This document shows, one piece after another, positions 26,630 through 37,743 of a stretch of DNA of 57,817 bases. Positions within the stretch are counted from its first letter, which is position 1. Each line of letters begins with the position of its first letter. Under the pieces are notes generated by a model that saw only the letters and a list, made by a program, of their open reading frames with translations, ran no database searches and was not told where the DNA came from. The stretch is from the NCBI GenBank assembly GCA_007134525.1, contig SLKR01000083.1, forward strand, positions 1 through 57,817, in the 5' to 3' direction. This DNA is from Bacteroidales bacterium. Lineage in GTDB: Bacteria; Bacteroidota; Bacteroidia; Bacteroidales; UBA7960. The translations under genes were made by a program, and so were the position numbers.

Positions 26630-27331
26630 TTAAAGATTTTTAGTTGCCCTGGTCATCTCCCTCTTACCCGCAGGGCCAGGAGGGTTCTCAATGGTAAAAC
26701 CGCAGGAGCTCAGTATTCTTTTTACAGAGCCCTTTGCGCTGTATGTAACCAGAGTGCCACCAGGCCTGACAGCTCTGTAGAGCTTCTCAAATGAGTCCCT
26801 GCTCCAGAGAGCGGGCTGCAGCCATGGGGCAAAGGCATCATGATATATAAGGTCAAATGAAGACTCCGGCAGTGTTAGCTCCTCAAGAGTTGAAATAATT
26901 TTCCGGAAAACAAAAAGGGAATCAATCTCAACCGGCTCGCTGCCACCTGCCGAGTGCATACTTGTAAATGCCTTTAAGAGCCTGCCGTTCCCAAGTAAAG
27001 AGGGGAAGTTGAGCAGCTTAGCCTCAGATGCATTAAGCGGGTATGGCTCTACTGCATTATATTCAACGGATACGCTCTTTTCCAAAGCACTTTTAAGGCT
27101 AAGCAGAGCGTTGAGGCCCGTACCAAAGCCTATCTCCAGGATATCAATACTGGTTCTGTCACTTACAGATACCTCAAACCCCTCCCTGATGAACACATGA
27201 AGTGATTCATTCATTGCACCATGCAGCGAATGGTAGTGCTCCCCGGCCCCTCTCAGGGCAAAAGTGTGAGAGCCATCTGCCGTCAAAACGGGATACCTGT
27301 CAAAAAAGTCCTTCAATGAATAATTTTTCAT
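26630..27331 (-). CDS. mnmD: tRNA mnm5s2U34 methyltransferase (stand-alone MnmD)
   Basis: TADGSHT, EHYHSLHGA, ILEIGFGTGLN, DAFAP, TYSAKG, PGPAGKREM. Confidence 0.9.
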   Translation of the reverse strand: MKNYSLKDFFDRYPVLTADGSHTFALRGAGEHYHSLHGAMNESLHVFIREGFEVSVSDRTSIDILEIGFGTGLNALLSLKSALEKSVSVEYNAVEPYPLNASEAKLLNFPSLLGNGRLLKAFTSMHSAGGSEPVEIDSLFVFRKIISTLEELTLPESSFDLIYHDAFAPWLQPALWSRDSFEKLYRAVRPGGTLVTYSAKGSVKRILSSCGFTIENPPGPAGKREMTRATKNL

Positions 27332-27407
27332 TCAAAATTAAACAAAAAGAGGCATTTTTGTATTTATATGTAATATAAACGATAACTTAACAGTAACATA
27401 AAGATCA

Positions 27408-28340
27408 ATGAAAGATATCAGCAAAATACAGGTGTGGATGGCTCAGACAAGGGCCAATTTTCTGCTTCTTGCCGTATTTCTTGTGGCAATCGGACTGGCA
27501 TATGCTGCCAAGTATTACCCGGGGCAGGAATTCAGCTGGATCAATGCCGCCCTGATCCTGGCAGGCACCATTTCGGCCCATATCTCAGTGAACCTGTTCA
27601 ATGAGCTCTCAGATTATTATACAAAAATCGATTTCCTTACAAAACGGACACCTTTCAGCGGCGGAAGCGGCATGCTGATACAGGGAAGGACAAAACCATG
27701 GCAGGTGAAGGCAGCCGCCATTACCACACTCCTTATTGCAGCAGCTATAGGTGCATATTTCACAATGACTGCGCATTGGTCAATAGCTATTATTTCACTA
27801 ATAGGGGCATTTACAATTGTGTTTTATACAAGCACCCTTGCCAAGGTGTTGCTGGGAGAGCTGTTCGCAGGACTTGCCCTGGGCACACTTGTTGTCGTAG
27901 GATCCTTCATTGCAATGACGGGCAGTGCCGGGACTGGCCTTTTGCAGCTGGTTCCTCTGGAGGTCTGGCTTGTTTCAATACCTCCTGGAATACTTACTTC
28001 ACTTCTGCTGCTGCTTAACGAGTTTCCTGATGTTGAGGCAGACAAGGAAGGCGGCCGTAAGCACCTGGTTATCAAGTTCGGGAAAAAATTATCAGCAGGT
28101 ATTTACACTGCAGGAATGACAGTTACTTTCCTTATACTGCTGATGCTGCCATTGCTTGGCATTGCCTCCTTCTGGCTGTATCTTGCACTAATACCGCTTC
28201 CCGTTGCCTTCAAGGCATCGCAGATAGCCTTAAACCAGTCGGAAAGTACAGAAAAAATGGTTCCTGCAATGGGAATGAACGTAATGGTAGTACTCGGCAC
28301 GGATCTGCTTATTGCTGTTGCCGTTCTGTTACAGATCTGA
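27408..28340 (+). CDS. UbiA-family prenyltransferase, MenA-like
   Basis: NLFNELSDYY..ID, PFSGGSG, NEFPDVEADKEGGRK and multiple TMs. Confidence 0.8.
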   Translation: MKDISKIQVWMAQTRANFLLLAVFLVAIGLAYAAKYYPGQEFSWINAALILAGTISAHISVNLFNELSDYYTKIDFLTKRTPFSGGSGMLIQGRTKPWQVKAAAITTLLIAAAIGAYFTMTAHWSIAIISLIGAFTIVFYTSTLAKVLLGELFAGLALGTLVVVGSFIAMTGSAGTGLLQLVPLEVWLVSIPPGILTSLLLLLNEFPDVEADKEGGRKHLVIKFGKKLSAGIYTAGMTVTFLILLMLPLLGIASFWLYLALIPLPVAFKASQIALNQSESTEKMVPAMGMNVMVVLGTDLLIAVAVLLQI

Positions 28341-29066
28341 AGTTGAACCAGCTTCTGCTGAACCTGTTTTTCTTATCTCTGCAACATAATTGTAGTCTTC
28401 GCCCCGGTAAATGACTTCTGTGGAAAGTCCGCAGTCGTCCGCAATACCGGCAAGATTGCCGGGATCAAGGAAAAGCCAGGGGAATGGCCTGGAATATTTG
28501 CCCCTGTATCCCAGCACATACTCAACTTCTCCGTAATAGCTTTCATTCATCGGAACTCTTATTGAGCCGTCCTCTTCCTCGTACAAATAAATAAGGTCAG
28601 TGGATTCAATGTATATAACACCCCCTTCATTGAGCATATCTGAAGCATGTCTAAGCAGCCTTTCCACTCTGTCAAGTTTGCCTGCAATCCCCGCACCATT
28701 CATCAGGAACAGTATGGTATCAAAACCCTTTTCAGGAGTATAGCTGAAAAAATCCCGGCACAGGACATTCTTTACTCCCCTTGACTTCATCACTTCAACA
28801 GCTCCCGGCGAAATATCTATTGCAAGGGGTTGCATTCCGGCTGCCTGCAGGGCGATCGAATGGCTGCCCGCCCCTGCGCCGACATCCAGGATCCGGCCAC
28901 GGCATTTCTCCAATACAAGCTTCTCCCATGGTGGCATTTGCCCCGGAGACCGGAAAAAATAAGCAACCGGCAGTTTCTCTTCATCTGATATATTGGTACG
29001 CACTGTTATCCGGCCCTTTATGTTCCCCCTGATATAATCGCTGAAGGCATCCCCGAAAATATCCAT
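28329..29066 (-). CDS. Class I SAM-dependent methyltransferase
   Basis: ILDVGAGAGSH, AIDISPGA, FDTILFLMNG. Confidence 0.85.
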   Translation of the reverse strand: MDIFGDAFSDYIRGNIKGRITVRTNISDEEKLPVAYFFRSPGQMPPWEKLVLEKCRGRILDVGAGAGSHSIALQAAGMQPLAIDISPGAVEVMKSRGVKNVLCRDFFSYTPEKGFDTILFLMNGAGIAGKLDRVERLLRHASDMLNEGGVIYIESTDLIYLYEEEDGSIRVPMNESYYGEVEYVLGYRGKYSRPFPWLFLDPGNLAGIADDCGLSTEVIYRGEDYNYVAEIRKTGSAEAGSTSDL

Positions 29067-29077
29067 TGTTATTATCC

Positions 29078-30319
29078 TTATTTTGAGTTACGGAAAAAAA
29101 GGCATGCATCGCCATAGCTTAAAAAACGGTAACCATTCTCCAGGGCATACCCGTAAGCCTGCTTCCAGCCTTCTCCCAGGAATGCAGCCACCAGCAATAG
29201 CAGGGTGCTGCCGGGCTGGTGAAAATTGGTAAGCAAAACATCGGTGAGTTTGAATTCATAACCAGGTACTATTATAAGTGAGGTTTCACCGGTAAACTGC
29301 TCAATGCCTTCATTATTCATCCATTCAAGCAATGCCGCAAGGGAGCTTTTTGCTGATGGCAGCCTGCCTTCCCTTCCATATGGCTCCCACTGCGACACAT
29401 ACTGTCTCCGGCCGACTTCCGGGATATTACCCCCGTATACCCTTACCCCCAGCCAATAGAGGCTCTCGAGCGTACGCATGCTGGTAGTGCCTACTGCAAC
29501 AACCGGGCCTTCTGCTGTTGCCAGGTCACTCAAAAGCCTTTTATTTACATGGAACTCCTCGGCATGCATGGTGTGTTCACCTATAGTTCTGCCTGTAACC
29601 GGTTTGAACGTTCCGGCTCCCACATGCAGGGTAAGCTGCCTTCTTAGTACACCCTTTTTATCCAGATCTTTTAATACCTCAGGTGTAAAATGCAGTCCTG
29701 CCGTAGGGGCTGCAACCGAGCCCTCATCCCTTGCAAATACAGTCTGGTAAGTATTTCTGTCGGATTCTTCAGGCCTCCTGGAAATATATGGGGGCAGGGG
29801 GGTTTTACCGGCTGCTTCCAGGACATCTGCAAAGCTCATATTACCCGGGTCCCAGCGGAAATCGACAAGATAACCCTCGCTCTTCTTGCTGAATAGTGAC
29901 GCATAAAGAGTTATGCTCTTTTCAGGTATTCTGACAGATAGTTCGCCGGATTTCCATTTCTTTGCGTTGCCTACCAGGCAAAACCACCGGCTGGCTGTTG
30001 TTGAGGCCAGTGATACCTGGATATCATGCGATGGCAGTTCCGGATTCAGGCAGAATATCTCAATCCGGGCACCGCTCTCCTTGAAAAACTCAAGCCTTGC
30101 CTGGATCACCTTTGTATCATTGAATACCATCACGGCCCCGGGATCCAGATAGTGGTGAAGTTCCCTGAAAACCGCATCCCGGATCCCACCCTGTTTGTAA
30201 ACAAGCAGCTTAGACATATCCCTCTGCCCTAAAGGATATGCTGCTATCCTGGAAGCAGGCAGCTCATAGGTAAACTCCCTTACAGGAATACTGAAGGCGG
30301 CTTCCTTTTCTCTGCTCAT
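29078..30319 (-). CDS. queA: S-adenosylmethionine:tRNA ribosyltransferase-isomerase QueA
   Basis: FNDTKVIQARL, PLPPYI, YQTVFA..GSVAAPTAGLHFT, LHVGAGTF, TNFHQP, YRFLSYGD. Confidence 0.95.
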   Translation of the reverse strand: MSREKEAAFSIPVREFTYELPASRIAAYPLGQRDMSKLLVYKQGGIRDAVFRELHHYLDPGAVMVFNDTKVIQARLEFFKESGARIEIFCLNPELPSHDIQVSLASTTASRWFCLVGNAKKWKSGELSVRIPEKSITLYASLFSKKSEGYLVDFRWDPGNMSFADVLEAAGKTPLPPYISRRPEESDRNTYQTVFARDEGSVAAPTAGLHFTPEVLKDLDKKGVLRRQLTLHVGAGTFKPVTGRTIGEHTMHAEEFHVNKRLLSDLATAEGPVVAVGTTSMRTLESLYWLGVRVYGGNIPEVGRRQYVSQWEPYGREGRLPSAKSSLAALLEWMNNEGIEQFTGETSLIIVPGYEFKLTDVLLTNFHQPGSTLLLLVAAFLGEGWKQAYGYALENGYRFLSYGDACLFFRNSK

Positions 30320-32253
30320 TTAACAAGTGACTCTATGGCTTTCTTATTGATTGAACTGAAAATATCCTTTCCCTCGGGTGTATAGAGAAACTCCAATGCA
30401 GAAGAATAGTGCCTGTGTATAACCGGCCTGACAATTTTCATTGTACTGTTTATCATGCCGTTTGACTCTGAAAATGCTTCCGGGAGCAGGACAACGGCAG
30501 CCGGCAGCCATCTTTGCGGAAACTTACCCCCTAACTCCCCTCCTGGCATAAAACGTTCAATTTCTCCTTTCACCTTTTCAAGGGCAAGCCTTTGCCCCTT
30601 TTCATCACCTGCACTTAATCCCTTCCGGGCAAGATAATCAAGGAGTGTTGCCCTGTTGACAACTATCAGGGCAGTAGTATATGGTTTCTGGTTATTGTAC
30701 AGCATTACCTGATCAAAGAAAGGCGAATGCTCTGCAAGTGCCTCCTCTATGCCTTCCGGGCTGTATTTTTCACCGTCACTGCCTATCAGAAGGCTTTTTG
30801 TCCGCCCCAGCACATATAGATACCCTTCATTGTCAAGATATCCCAGATCGCCGGTAAACAGCCATCCATTACGAATGCTGTCAGACGTTGCTGTTTCATT
30901 TTTCCAGTAACCTGCCATGACGTTATCACCCCTGACCACAATCTCTCCCTGCTCTCCAATAGGCTTTTCCGTTCCGTCCTCTCCGCAAATTTTCAGATCA
31001 AGCCATGGAACAACCTTGCCCGAAGAGCCCAGCTTGTGATACTCCGGGGTATTGGAGGAAATAACGGGAGAGGCCTCGGTAAGCCCGTAACCCTGGTACA
31101 TAGGTATCCCAATTGCATAAAAGAATCTTTGAAGCTCAATATCAAGGAGGGCGCCTCCGCCAACAAAATAGCGCAACCTGCCCCCAAATCCGGATCTTAC
31201 CTTTTTAAAGAGTATGGAATCGAATATTTTATATAGCGGTTTTAGCATCTTTCTCCAACCACTTCCCCTGTTATAGCCTTCGCGGTTATATGCGTAACCG
31301 AGCCTTAAGCCAATATTGAAAAGCCCCCATGCAACCAATCCCTTATCCCTGACCCCTCTCTCGATATTGTTCCTGAAATTCTTTGCCAGTGCAGGCACAC
31401 TAAGCAGAAAGTAAGGCCGCACCTCCTTAATACAATCCGGTATATTTCTTATTGTCTCGGCAGTAGTACGTCCTGTTTTGAGGGATGCCAGGCTGGCTCC
31501 GTTACGCATCAGAGCATAGATACCTACTGTATGTGCAAAAGAATGATCCCATGGCAATATATGCAGTGAGGTGAACTCCTGCGGGACCTCAAATATTGCC
31601 GAGGCCTGCTCTACATTATGGATATAGTTGAAATGGGTAAGTATTATTCCCTTCGGATCGGCTGTAGTACCGGATGTGTAACAGATGTTTGCATAATCTG
31701 CAGGCTGTATGGAGTCTTTTACTTTCTCAAGCGTGCCTGAGCCATTCTCCTGCATATTATCACCCATTTTTCTGACATCCCCGACAAACTCAATAACAGC
31801 CTGATAACTTTCTGATGCGAGCTTAGCCTGCCCGTCAGGCGGGTCGAGGATCACAACAAACTCCACAGCCGGCAGTCTGCCAAGCAGATCAAAGACCTTG
31901 TGCTGGTGGTTTCCCGATACAATAATACCCCTGCAACCTGAATGTTCCAGCCGAAAATGGAGATCTGAAGCTTCTTCTATCTTTACAGAAAGTGGAACAC
32001 TTACACCACCAGCAAAAAGCACGGCGAGCTCGCTAATTACCCAGTCATTGCGACCTTCGGAAATAAGTGCTACCCTGTCGCCCTTTTCAAGGCCCATGCT
32101 TATCAATCCGCGTGCAGTGCGCCTGACCTCGCCGTATGCCTCTGCATAGGTGGTATCCTCATATGAGGTTTTCCTTTTCTCCCTTAAGAAAACATTGTCA
32201 GGAAACCTGTTGACGCTAAGCTCAAATAGCTGCGGGATGGTTTTATACTCCAT
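30316..32253 (-). CDS. Long-chain fatty acid-CoA ligase (AMP-dependent synthetase)
   Basis: YTSGTTADPKG, QGYGLTEASP, GWLFTGDLG. Confidence 0.92.
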   Translation of the reverse strand: MEYKTIPQLFELSVNRFPDNVFLREKRKTSYEDTTYAEAYGEVRRTARGLISMGLEKGDRVALISEGRNDWVISELAVLFAGGVSVPLSVKIEEASDLHFRLEHSGCRGIIVSGNHQHKVFDLLGRLPAVEFVVILDPPDGQAKLASESYQAVIEFVGDVRKMGDNMQENGSGTLEKVKDSIQPADYANICYTSGTTADPKGIILTHFNYIHNVEQASAIFEVPQEFTSLHILPWDHSFAHTVGIYALMRNGASLASLKTGRTTAETIRNIPDCIKEVRPYFLLSVPALAKNFRNNIERGVRDKGLVAWGLFNIGLRLGYAYNREGYNRGSGWRKMLKPLYKIFDSILFKKVRSGFGGRLRYFVGGGALLDIELQRFFYAIGIPMYQGYGLTEASPVISSNTPEYHKLGSSGKVVPWLDLKICGEDGTEKPIGEQGEIVVRGDNVMAGYWKNETATSDSIRNGWLFTGDLGYLDNEGYLYVLGRTKSLLIGSDGEKYSPEGIEEALAEHSPFFDQVMLYNNQKPYTTALIVVNRATLLDYLARKGLSAGDEKGQRLALEKVKGEIERFMPGGELGGKFPQRWLPAAVVLLPEAFSESNGMINSTMKIVRPVIHRHYSSALEFLYTPEGKDIFSSINKKAIESLVK

Positions 32254-32386
32254 GATCCTGTTTATAAATTGCCCGGAAAAGCCGAAATATCCGCAAATAA
32301 ACTAATTTTGCATGGATTGGCAACATATTTTGATCCCCCAAAAAAGAGCACCTGATATAACTAACTGAAAAACACAGCATCTGCTA

Positions 32387-34039
32387 ATGTTTGAGCCTGT
32401 ATTTTTTTCAACAATAAAAAAATACAAAAAAAAGAGACTCTTATCAGACCTGTCCTCAGGTCTGATTGTCGGAATAGTGGCGCTGCCCCTGGCAATAGCC
32501 TTTGCAATAGCCTCCGGCGTTCCCCCAGAAACAGGTCTTATTACCGCTGTTGCAGTCGGCTTTTTTGTATCCTTCCTGGGGGGAAGCAGGGTGCAGATAG
32601 GTGGCCCCTCAGGTGCTTTCATAGTCGTTATATACGGGATAATGCAGCAGCACGGAATGGAAGGCGTAATACTGGCCTCCCTGATGGCAGGTGTTATGTT
32701 GATTATTCTCGGGCTTTTACGGGCAGGAACCGTTTTGCAGTTCATGCCATACCCAATAATTGTTGGCTTTACAAGCGGAATCGCCCTTATCATTTTTACT
32801 TCCCAGTTACAGGAACTTCTAGGACTGCCGGATATAGGAGTGCCCCCTGACCCCTTGGGAAAATGGTGGTACTATATATCCCACCTTGGCAATGTCAACA
32901 CAACGGCGGCAGCAATGGGAATTCTTACAATACTCATAACCATCGTGTGGCCCAGGTTGTACAGAAAAATTCCGGGTTCTCTAATCGCAATAATCCTGGT
33001 AACAATGATTGTCAATATATTCAACCTGGAGATGGAAACCATAGGGAGTAAATTCGGCAGTTTTTCCGCATCATTCCATCTTACAGGCTTGCCGGAAATA
33101 AATGCAGAAATACTGGGGCAGTTGTTTATACCCGCTTTCACTCTTGCAGTACTTGGTGCAATAGAGTCACTGCTATCTGCAATCGTTGCAGACGGTGCAA
33201 CGGGCTACCGCCATCGGCCGAATACCGAACTGATGGCCCAGGGATTTGCAAACATAATATCTCCATTGGTTGGGGGAATGGCCGGATCAGGAGCACTGGC
33301 CAAAACCATGACGAATATACGTAATGGTGGCAAGACCCCGGTTGCCGGGATGTTTCATGCACTTATCCTGCTTATGTTCATGATGTTCCTTGGAAGGCTG
33401 GCAATGATGATCCCTCTTGCAGCGCTCGCAGGTATCCTTGTGGTGGTTGCCTATAATATGAGCGAGTGGCGGTCATTCAGGAGTATATTGAAGACATCCC
33501 GCGGAGAGGCAGCCGTGCTTATGGTAACATTTCTGCTGACTGTCTTTGTTGGGCTTAATTTTGCACTTCCATTCGGCATCCTGCTCGCAATGATACTTTT
33601 TATCAAAAGAGTAATGGAAACAACCGATATAGAAGTATTAAGGCATGAGGTTGAAGACGAACGCTCATATATAACCGAAGACTTCGAAACCCTTGAGATA
33701 CCGAAAGGGGTGGAGGTGTTTCAGATCAGGGGACCATTCTTCTTCGGTATCGCAAACAAATTTGAAGAGGCCGAACAGGAAATTCATGAAAAACCAAAGG
33801 TACGCATCCTCAGGATGAGGAGGGTTCCCTTTATCGATTCAACAGGAATGAAGAACCTCAGGAACTTTCTTGAAAGGTCAAAAAGAAACCGTACCAGGAC
33901 AATACTCTCGGGAGTTACCCCAAAAGCACTTTCCGCCCTGAAAAAAGAGGGCCTGTATTATGATATCGGCAAGGAAAACATATGCAGGGATATAGAAAGC
34001 TCCCTGGAGCGTGCCAGGAAAATGCTTCAAAAGAACTAA
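32387..34039 (+). CDS. SulP-family anion permease with STAS domain
   Basis: VALPLAIAFAIASG, GGSRVQIGGP, GPFFFG, VPFIDSTG. Confidence 0.93.
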   Translation: MFEPVFFSTIKKYKKKRLLSDLSSGLIVGIVALPLAIAFAIASGVPPETGLITAVAVGFFVSFLGGSRVQIGGPSGAFIVVIYGIMQQHGMEGVILASLMAGVMLIILGLLRAGTVLQFMPYPIIVGFTSGIALIIFTSQLQELLGLPDIGVPPDPLGKWWYYISHLGNVNTTAAAMGILTILITIVWPRLYRKIPGSLIAIILVTMIVNIFNLEMETIGSKFGSFSASFHLTGLPEINAEILGQLFIPAFTLAVLGAIESLLSAIVADGATGYRHRPNTELMAQGFANIISPLVGGMAGSGALAKTMTNIRNGGKTPVAGMFHALILLMFMMFLGRLAMMIPLAALAGILVVVAYNMSEWRSFRSILKTSRGEAAVLMVTFLLTVFVGLNFALPFGILLAMILFIKRVMETTDIEVLRHEVEDERSYITEDFETLEIPKGVEVFQIRGPFFFGIANKFEEAEQEIHEKPKVRILRMRRVPFIDSTGMKNLRNFLERSKRNRTRTILSGVTPKALSALKKEGLYYDIGKENICRDIESSLERARKMLQKN

Positions 34040-35736
34040 GTGGTATTGCCCTTTCCAAGCACTTTCTCAACTTTACCTGTTATTTCAGCTTCTTTTATAG
34101 CGGCAGCCTTATCTATCTCTCTGGCCTGATTATATAACTTTTTATAAAAATCCTTGTCGTCAAGGCCTTCTGAATTTATCCTCACATTCATGAAGGCGCC
34201 TGCAACCGCAGTGCGGGCACAAAGCGCCCCGACTGCTGCATCTGTAATAGAGCTGGGGCTTCCCTTCTCTACCATTGCTTCCATTACCTCCATAGACTCA
34301 TAAGCCTGTTGCATAACCCTGAATGGTATCTCGATCGCATATCTGGTAGCCTCCTCTATAGCTCGCTTTCTCTCCTTCTGCTCCCCTGCAGACTTCTTTG
34401 GCATACCGAATGCCTCCAGTATACGGTTAAAGGCCCTTGTATCTTCATCAACAAGGTATAACAACTCCTGCTTGATCGCCTGGCCTTTTTCCGCCCATTT
34501 GCTGAACTCATTCCACCTTTCGTCCCAGCCTCTTTTATGTGAAGAAAGGTTGGCTACCATGGTGCCAAGAGATACACCGAGGGCCCCGACATAGGCAGAT
34601 ACTGAACCCCCTCCGGGGGCAGGTGATTCACTGGCAGTTTCATCTGCAAAACCGGTAACACTCATGTCCACAAGCCTCCTTCCATCATCTTCTGCGATCA
34701 TGTACTCTATGATCTTTTCTTTCGGGTTGAAAGGTTTGAGCTCATCCAGCCCCATTGACCTGACCGCAATCTTTATCAGTTCACCCTCAGATACACCAAG
34801 GCTCCTTTTTTGCTTGCGCAGAAAATAGCGCCCGGCATCAAGCATCGCCTTTAGCGGAACAAGGCCAACAAGTTCTGATCCGGTAACCCTGAGACCTCTT
34901 TGGGCAGCCTTTTCGCATACCTCATCGAAAGCGGCATGAACGGATGTTACGCTTATATTGGTAAGGTTCATTGATATCTGGGCTATGCCATACTCCTCAA
35001 TATACCAGCCTATGGCTTTTACTCCCTTAAGGCTGCCGGGGATGTAAACCGGATCACCTTTTTCATCCTTCACGATTTTGCCTGTAAGCGGATGGCCCTG
35101 ACGCTTGACTCGCCCCTTTTCACGTACATCAAAGGCTACGGCATTGGCCCTTCGTGTAGAAGTTGTGTTGAGATTTATATTATATGCAACCAGAAAATCG
35201 CGCGCACCAACTGCTGTAACTCCTGCACGTTCATTAAACCTGTCAGGCCCGAAGTCGGGCTTCCATTCCTGGCTTGCAAGTTTGTCAGCCATTCCCTCAT
35301 ACTCACCACTGCGGCAGTTAGCCAGGTTTTGTCTCTCTGGCTTAAGGGCCGCGTTTTCATAACAGTAAACCGGAATACCCAGCTCCTTGCCGATACGTTC
35401 TGCAAGCCTGTGTGCATACTCCACCACCTCCTCCATGGATATGTTCGCTACCGGTACCAGAGGACAGACATCGGTTGCACCCATTCTCGGATGCGCCCCC
35501 CTGTGCCTTCTCATATCAATCAGTTCAGAAGCTTTTCTGACTGCACGGAAGGCAGCCTCCACCACTTCGTCGGGGGTGCCGACAAAGGTAACCACTGTAC
35601 GGTTTGTGGCTTCTCCGGGATCTGCATCAAGGAGTTTCACACCATCCACCGACTCAATTTCGCGGGTGATCTTTTCGATCACAGCCATATCTTTCCCTTC
35701 ACTGAAATTGGGTACGCATTCAATAAGCTTTTTCAT
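34036..35736 (-). CDS. ftcD: Bifunctional glutamate formimidoyltransferase-cyclodeaminase
   Basis: IECVPNFSEG, HPRMGATDVCP, GARDFLVAYN, then C-terminal SPAPGGGSVSA cyclodeaminase domain. Confidence 0.93.
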   Translation of the reverse strand: MKKLIECVPNFSEGKDMAVIEKITREIESVDGVKLLDADPGEATNRTVVTFVGTPDEVVEAAFRAVRKASELIDMRRHRGAHPRMGATDVCPLVPVANISMEEVVEYAHRLAERIGKELGIPVYCYENAALKPERQNLANCRSGEYEGMADKLASQEWKPDFGPDRFNERAGVTAVGARDFLVAYNINLNTTSTRRANAVAFDVREKGRVKRQGHPLTGKIVKDEKGDPVYIPGSLKGVKAIGWYIEEYGIAQISMNLTNISVTSVHAAFDEVCEKAAQRGLRVTGSELVGLVPLKAMLDAGRYFLRKQKRSLGVSEGELIKIAVRSMGLDELKPFNPKEKIIEYMIAEDDGRRLVDMSVTGFADETASESPAPGGGSVSAYVGALGVSLGTMVANLSSHKRGWDERWNEFSKWAEKGQAIKQELLYLVDEDTRAFNRILEAFGMPKKSAGEQKERKRAIEEATRYAIEIPFRVMQQAYESMEVMEAMVEKGSPSSITDAAVGALCARTAVAGAFMNVRINSEGLDDKDFYKKLYNQAREIDKAAAIKEAEITGKVEKVLGKGNTT

Positions 35737-35798
35737 ATCTCGGCTCTTTTAAAAATACTTTTACCGGCGAACATGCATTCCGGATGATGCGAAAATAT

Positions 35799-35830
35799 AA
35801 AAAAAAGAGACGCATGACAAAATGCGCCTC
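35799..35830 (-). terminator. Intrinsic terminator after rplS
   Basis: Minus strand GAGGCGCAT-TTTGTC-ATGCGTCTC followed by a T-run. Confidence 0.75.
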
Positions 35831-35862
35831 CTGAGAATATATAGTGAGAATGATTGCCCCTG

Positions 35863-36219
35863 CTAGGCTCTGCGTTCCTTTATACGGGCACGCTTACCCC
35901 TGAGCTTCCTGAGGTAGAATATACGGGCACGCCTTACAAGGCCGCGGCGGTTAAGTACTATCTTCTCAATAAAAGGTGAATGAACCGGGAATATCCTCTC
36001 AACACCAATATTACCCGATATCTTCCTTACAGTGAAGGTTTCGCTGATACCGCTTCCGCGACGCTGGATAACTACTCCCTGAAAGGGCTGAATACGTTCC
36101 TTGTTACCCTCCTTGATCTTGTAATGCACAGTAACGTTATCTCCGGCTTTGAATGCAGGCCACTCTCTTTTTTCCACGAGATTGTCCTGTACAAAGTTCA
36201 TTATTTCTCTCTGGTTCAT
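35863..36219 (-). CDS. rplS: 50S ribosomal protein L19
   Basis: [47 protein letters not shown]. Start placed at MNQREI. Confidence 0.97.
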   Translation of the reverse strand: MNQREIMNFVQDNLVEKREWPAFKAGDNVTVHYKIKEGNKERIQPFQGVVIQRRGSGISETFTVRKISGNIGVERIFPVHSPFIEKIVLNRRGLVRRARIFYLRKLRGKRARIKERRA

Positions 36220-36278
36220 CGCTCCGATTTTTTTGTATGATTTGTCTTGTGAGCTATTTCTGCCGCACAAAAGGAGTG

Positions 36279-36286
36279 CAAATTTA
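36279..36286 (-). promoter_or_regulatory. Bacteroidota -7 promoter (TAAATTTG) for rplS
   Basis: Exact TAnnTTTG on the minus strand in the trmD-rplS gap. Confidence 0.65.
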
Positions 36287-36325
36287 GGTATTTATTTTCA
36301 TATACAAAATGATTCAGCCGATTTT

Positions 36326-37012
36326 TTATCCGGTCTGCTCCCTGAGCAGCCCCGGCCTTCTTTCCCTTGTCCTTTTGAGCGCCTGCTCATGCCTCCATTC
36401 ATCAATCTTTCTGTCATGTCCTGACAGCAGAATATCAGGCACTTTCCAGCCCTTATAGTCTGACGGACGGGTGTAGACCGGGGGAGATATCAGCCGATCC
36501 TGGAATGAATCTGAAAGTGCAGAGGTTTCATCGCCAAGCACTCCCGGGATAAGGCGTACAACGGCATCCGTAAGTATGGCCGCCGGAAGTTCACCACCGG
36601 ACAACACATAATCACCTACCGATACCTCCATAGTTACCAGGTGCTCCCTTATTCTCTCGTCAACCCCTTTATAATGCCCGCAAAGGATAATGATATTATG
36701 CATTGCTGAAATCCTGTTGGCCAAGGGCTGATCCAAAAGCTGACCATCAGGACTCATATAAATCACCTCATCGTAATCCCTTTCTTTGCGAAGCGAACTT
36801 ATAAGCCGGTCGACAGGCTCGACCATCATTACCATGCCTGCACCACCCCCAAAAGGGTAATCATCGACCCGCCTGTGCTTGTCTTTGGTGTAATCCCTTA
36901 TATCGTGCAGGCGAATGTCAACCAGGCCCTTTTCGCCGGCACGCCTTATAATGGAGTGTGAAAACGGTCCCTCCAGCATTGGGGGGAATATCGTAAGTAT
37001 ATCTATGCGCAT
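36326..37012 (-). CDS. trmD: tRNA (guanine37-N1)-methyltransferase TrmD
   Basis: [55 protein letters not shown] promoter element at 37018-37025. Confidence 0.97.
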   Translation of the reverse strand: MRIDILTIFPPMLEGPFSHSIIRRAGEKGLVDIRLHDIRDYTKDKHRRVDDYPFGGGAGMVMMVEPVDRLISSLRKERDYDEVIYMSPDGQLLDQPLANRISAMHNIIILCGHYKGVDERIREHLVTMEVSVGDYVLSGGELPAAILTDAVVRLIPGVLGDETSALSDSFQDRLISPPVYTRPSDYKGWKVPDILLSGHDRKIDEWRHEQALKRTRERRPGLLREQTG

Positions 37013-37034
37013 GACAGCAAAATTAATTACATTT

Positions 37035-37694
37035 TTATTTATGTCCGGCCAGGTCGAATACCTGTAAGAGTTCATAAGTCTTGACTCCCTTTGAGCCGGG
37101 AAAAGCAGCGTTTATCATTGCCTTTGCAACTATACCAGCATCTACCGGCTTGTAACTCCTGAGAATACCAAGCTGGTTAACGGCTTTAATCAGAGCTGTA
37201 CCGACTATCTCACCATACCGCTTCTCTTTCCTGGGGCCGCTCAACGGGCCGGGCCTGATAATACGGAGGCTTTCAAAACCAAGCGCCCTTATATCCCTTT
37301 CAACCTCCGCCTTCATACGCATATAGAAAAACGGAGAACCTTCCCTGGCACCGGCAGAGGATAGCAATACAACCGAATCCATTTCATTGCTTGCTGCTGC
37401 CGAGGCAAATTCCAGCTGATAGCCATGATCCACCCGGTACTGGGCCTTTTTGCTTCCGGCCCTTGCCTTTGTGGTCCCAAGGGTCAGGAACAATACATCA
37501 CCCTTTACCAGATGCCTCCACCCAGCGGGACTGGAAAAGTCAATAATAAATTCCTTCAGCTTAGGATGATTCTTCCCGGTCGGCCGCCTTACAAACACTT
37601 TTACAGAGGCGAAACGCTCATCATCAAGCAGCTGGCTGAGAAGGGCGGAGCCAACAAGTCCTGTTGCCCCGGTTAATACGGCTTCTTTATTCAT
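37035..37694 (-). CDS. NAD(P)H-binding oxidoreductase (atypical SDR, CC3/TIP30-like)
   Basis: GATGLVG Rossmann motif, [22 protein letters not shown]. Start placed at MNKEAV. Confidence 0.85.
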   Translation of the reverse strand: MNKEAVLTGATGLVGSALLSQLLDDERFASVKVFVRRPTGKNHPKLKEFIIDFSSPAGWRHLVKGDVLFLTLGTTKARAGSKKAQYRVDHGYQLEFASAAASNEMDSVVLLSSAGAREGSPFFYMRMKAEVERDIRALGFESLRIIRPGPLSGPRKEKRYGEIVGTALIKAVNQLGILRSYKPVDAGIVAKAMINAAFPGSKGVKTYELLQVFDLAGHK

Positions 37695-37743
37695 TTTTAC
37701 TGATTTGGGGTATATTTGCAAAGATATCAAATCAATACGGGCT

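Noticed and set aside
35092-35787. 231-aa plus-strand ORF
   Set aside because: It is antisense to ftcD and has no independent coding signal.
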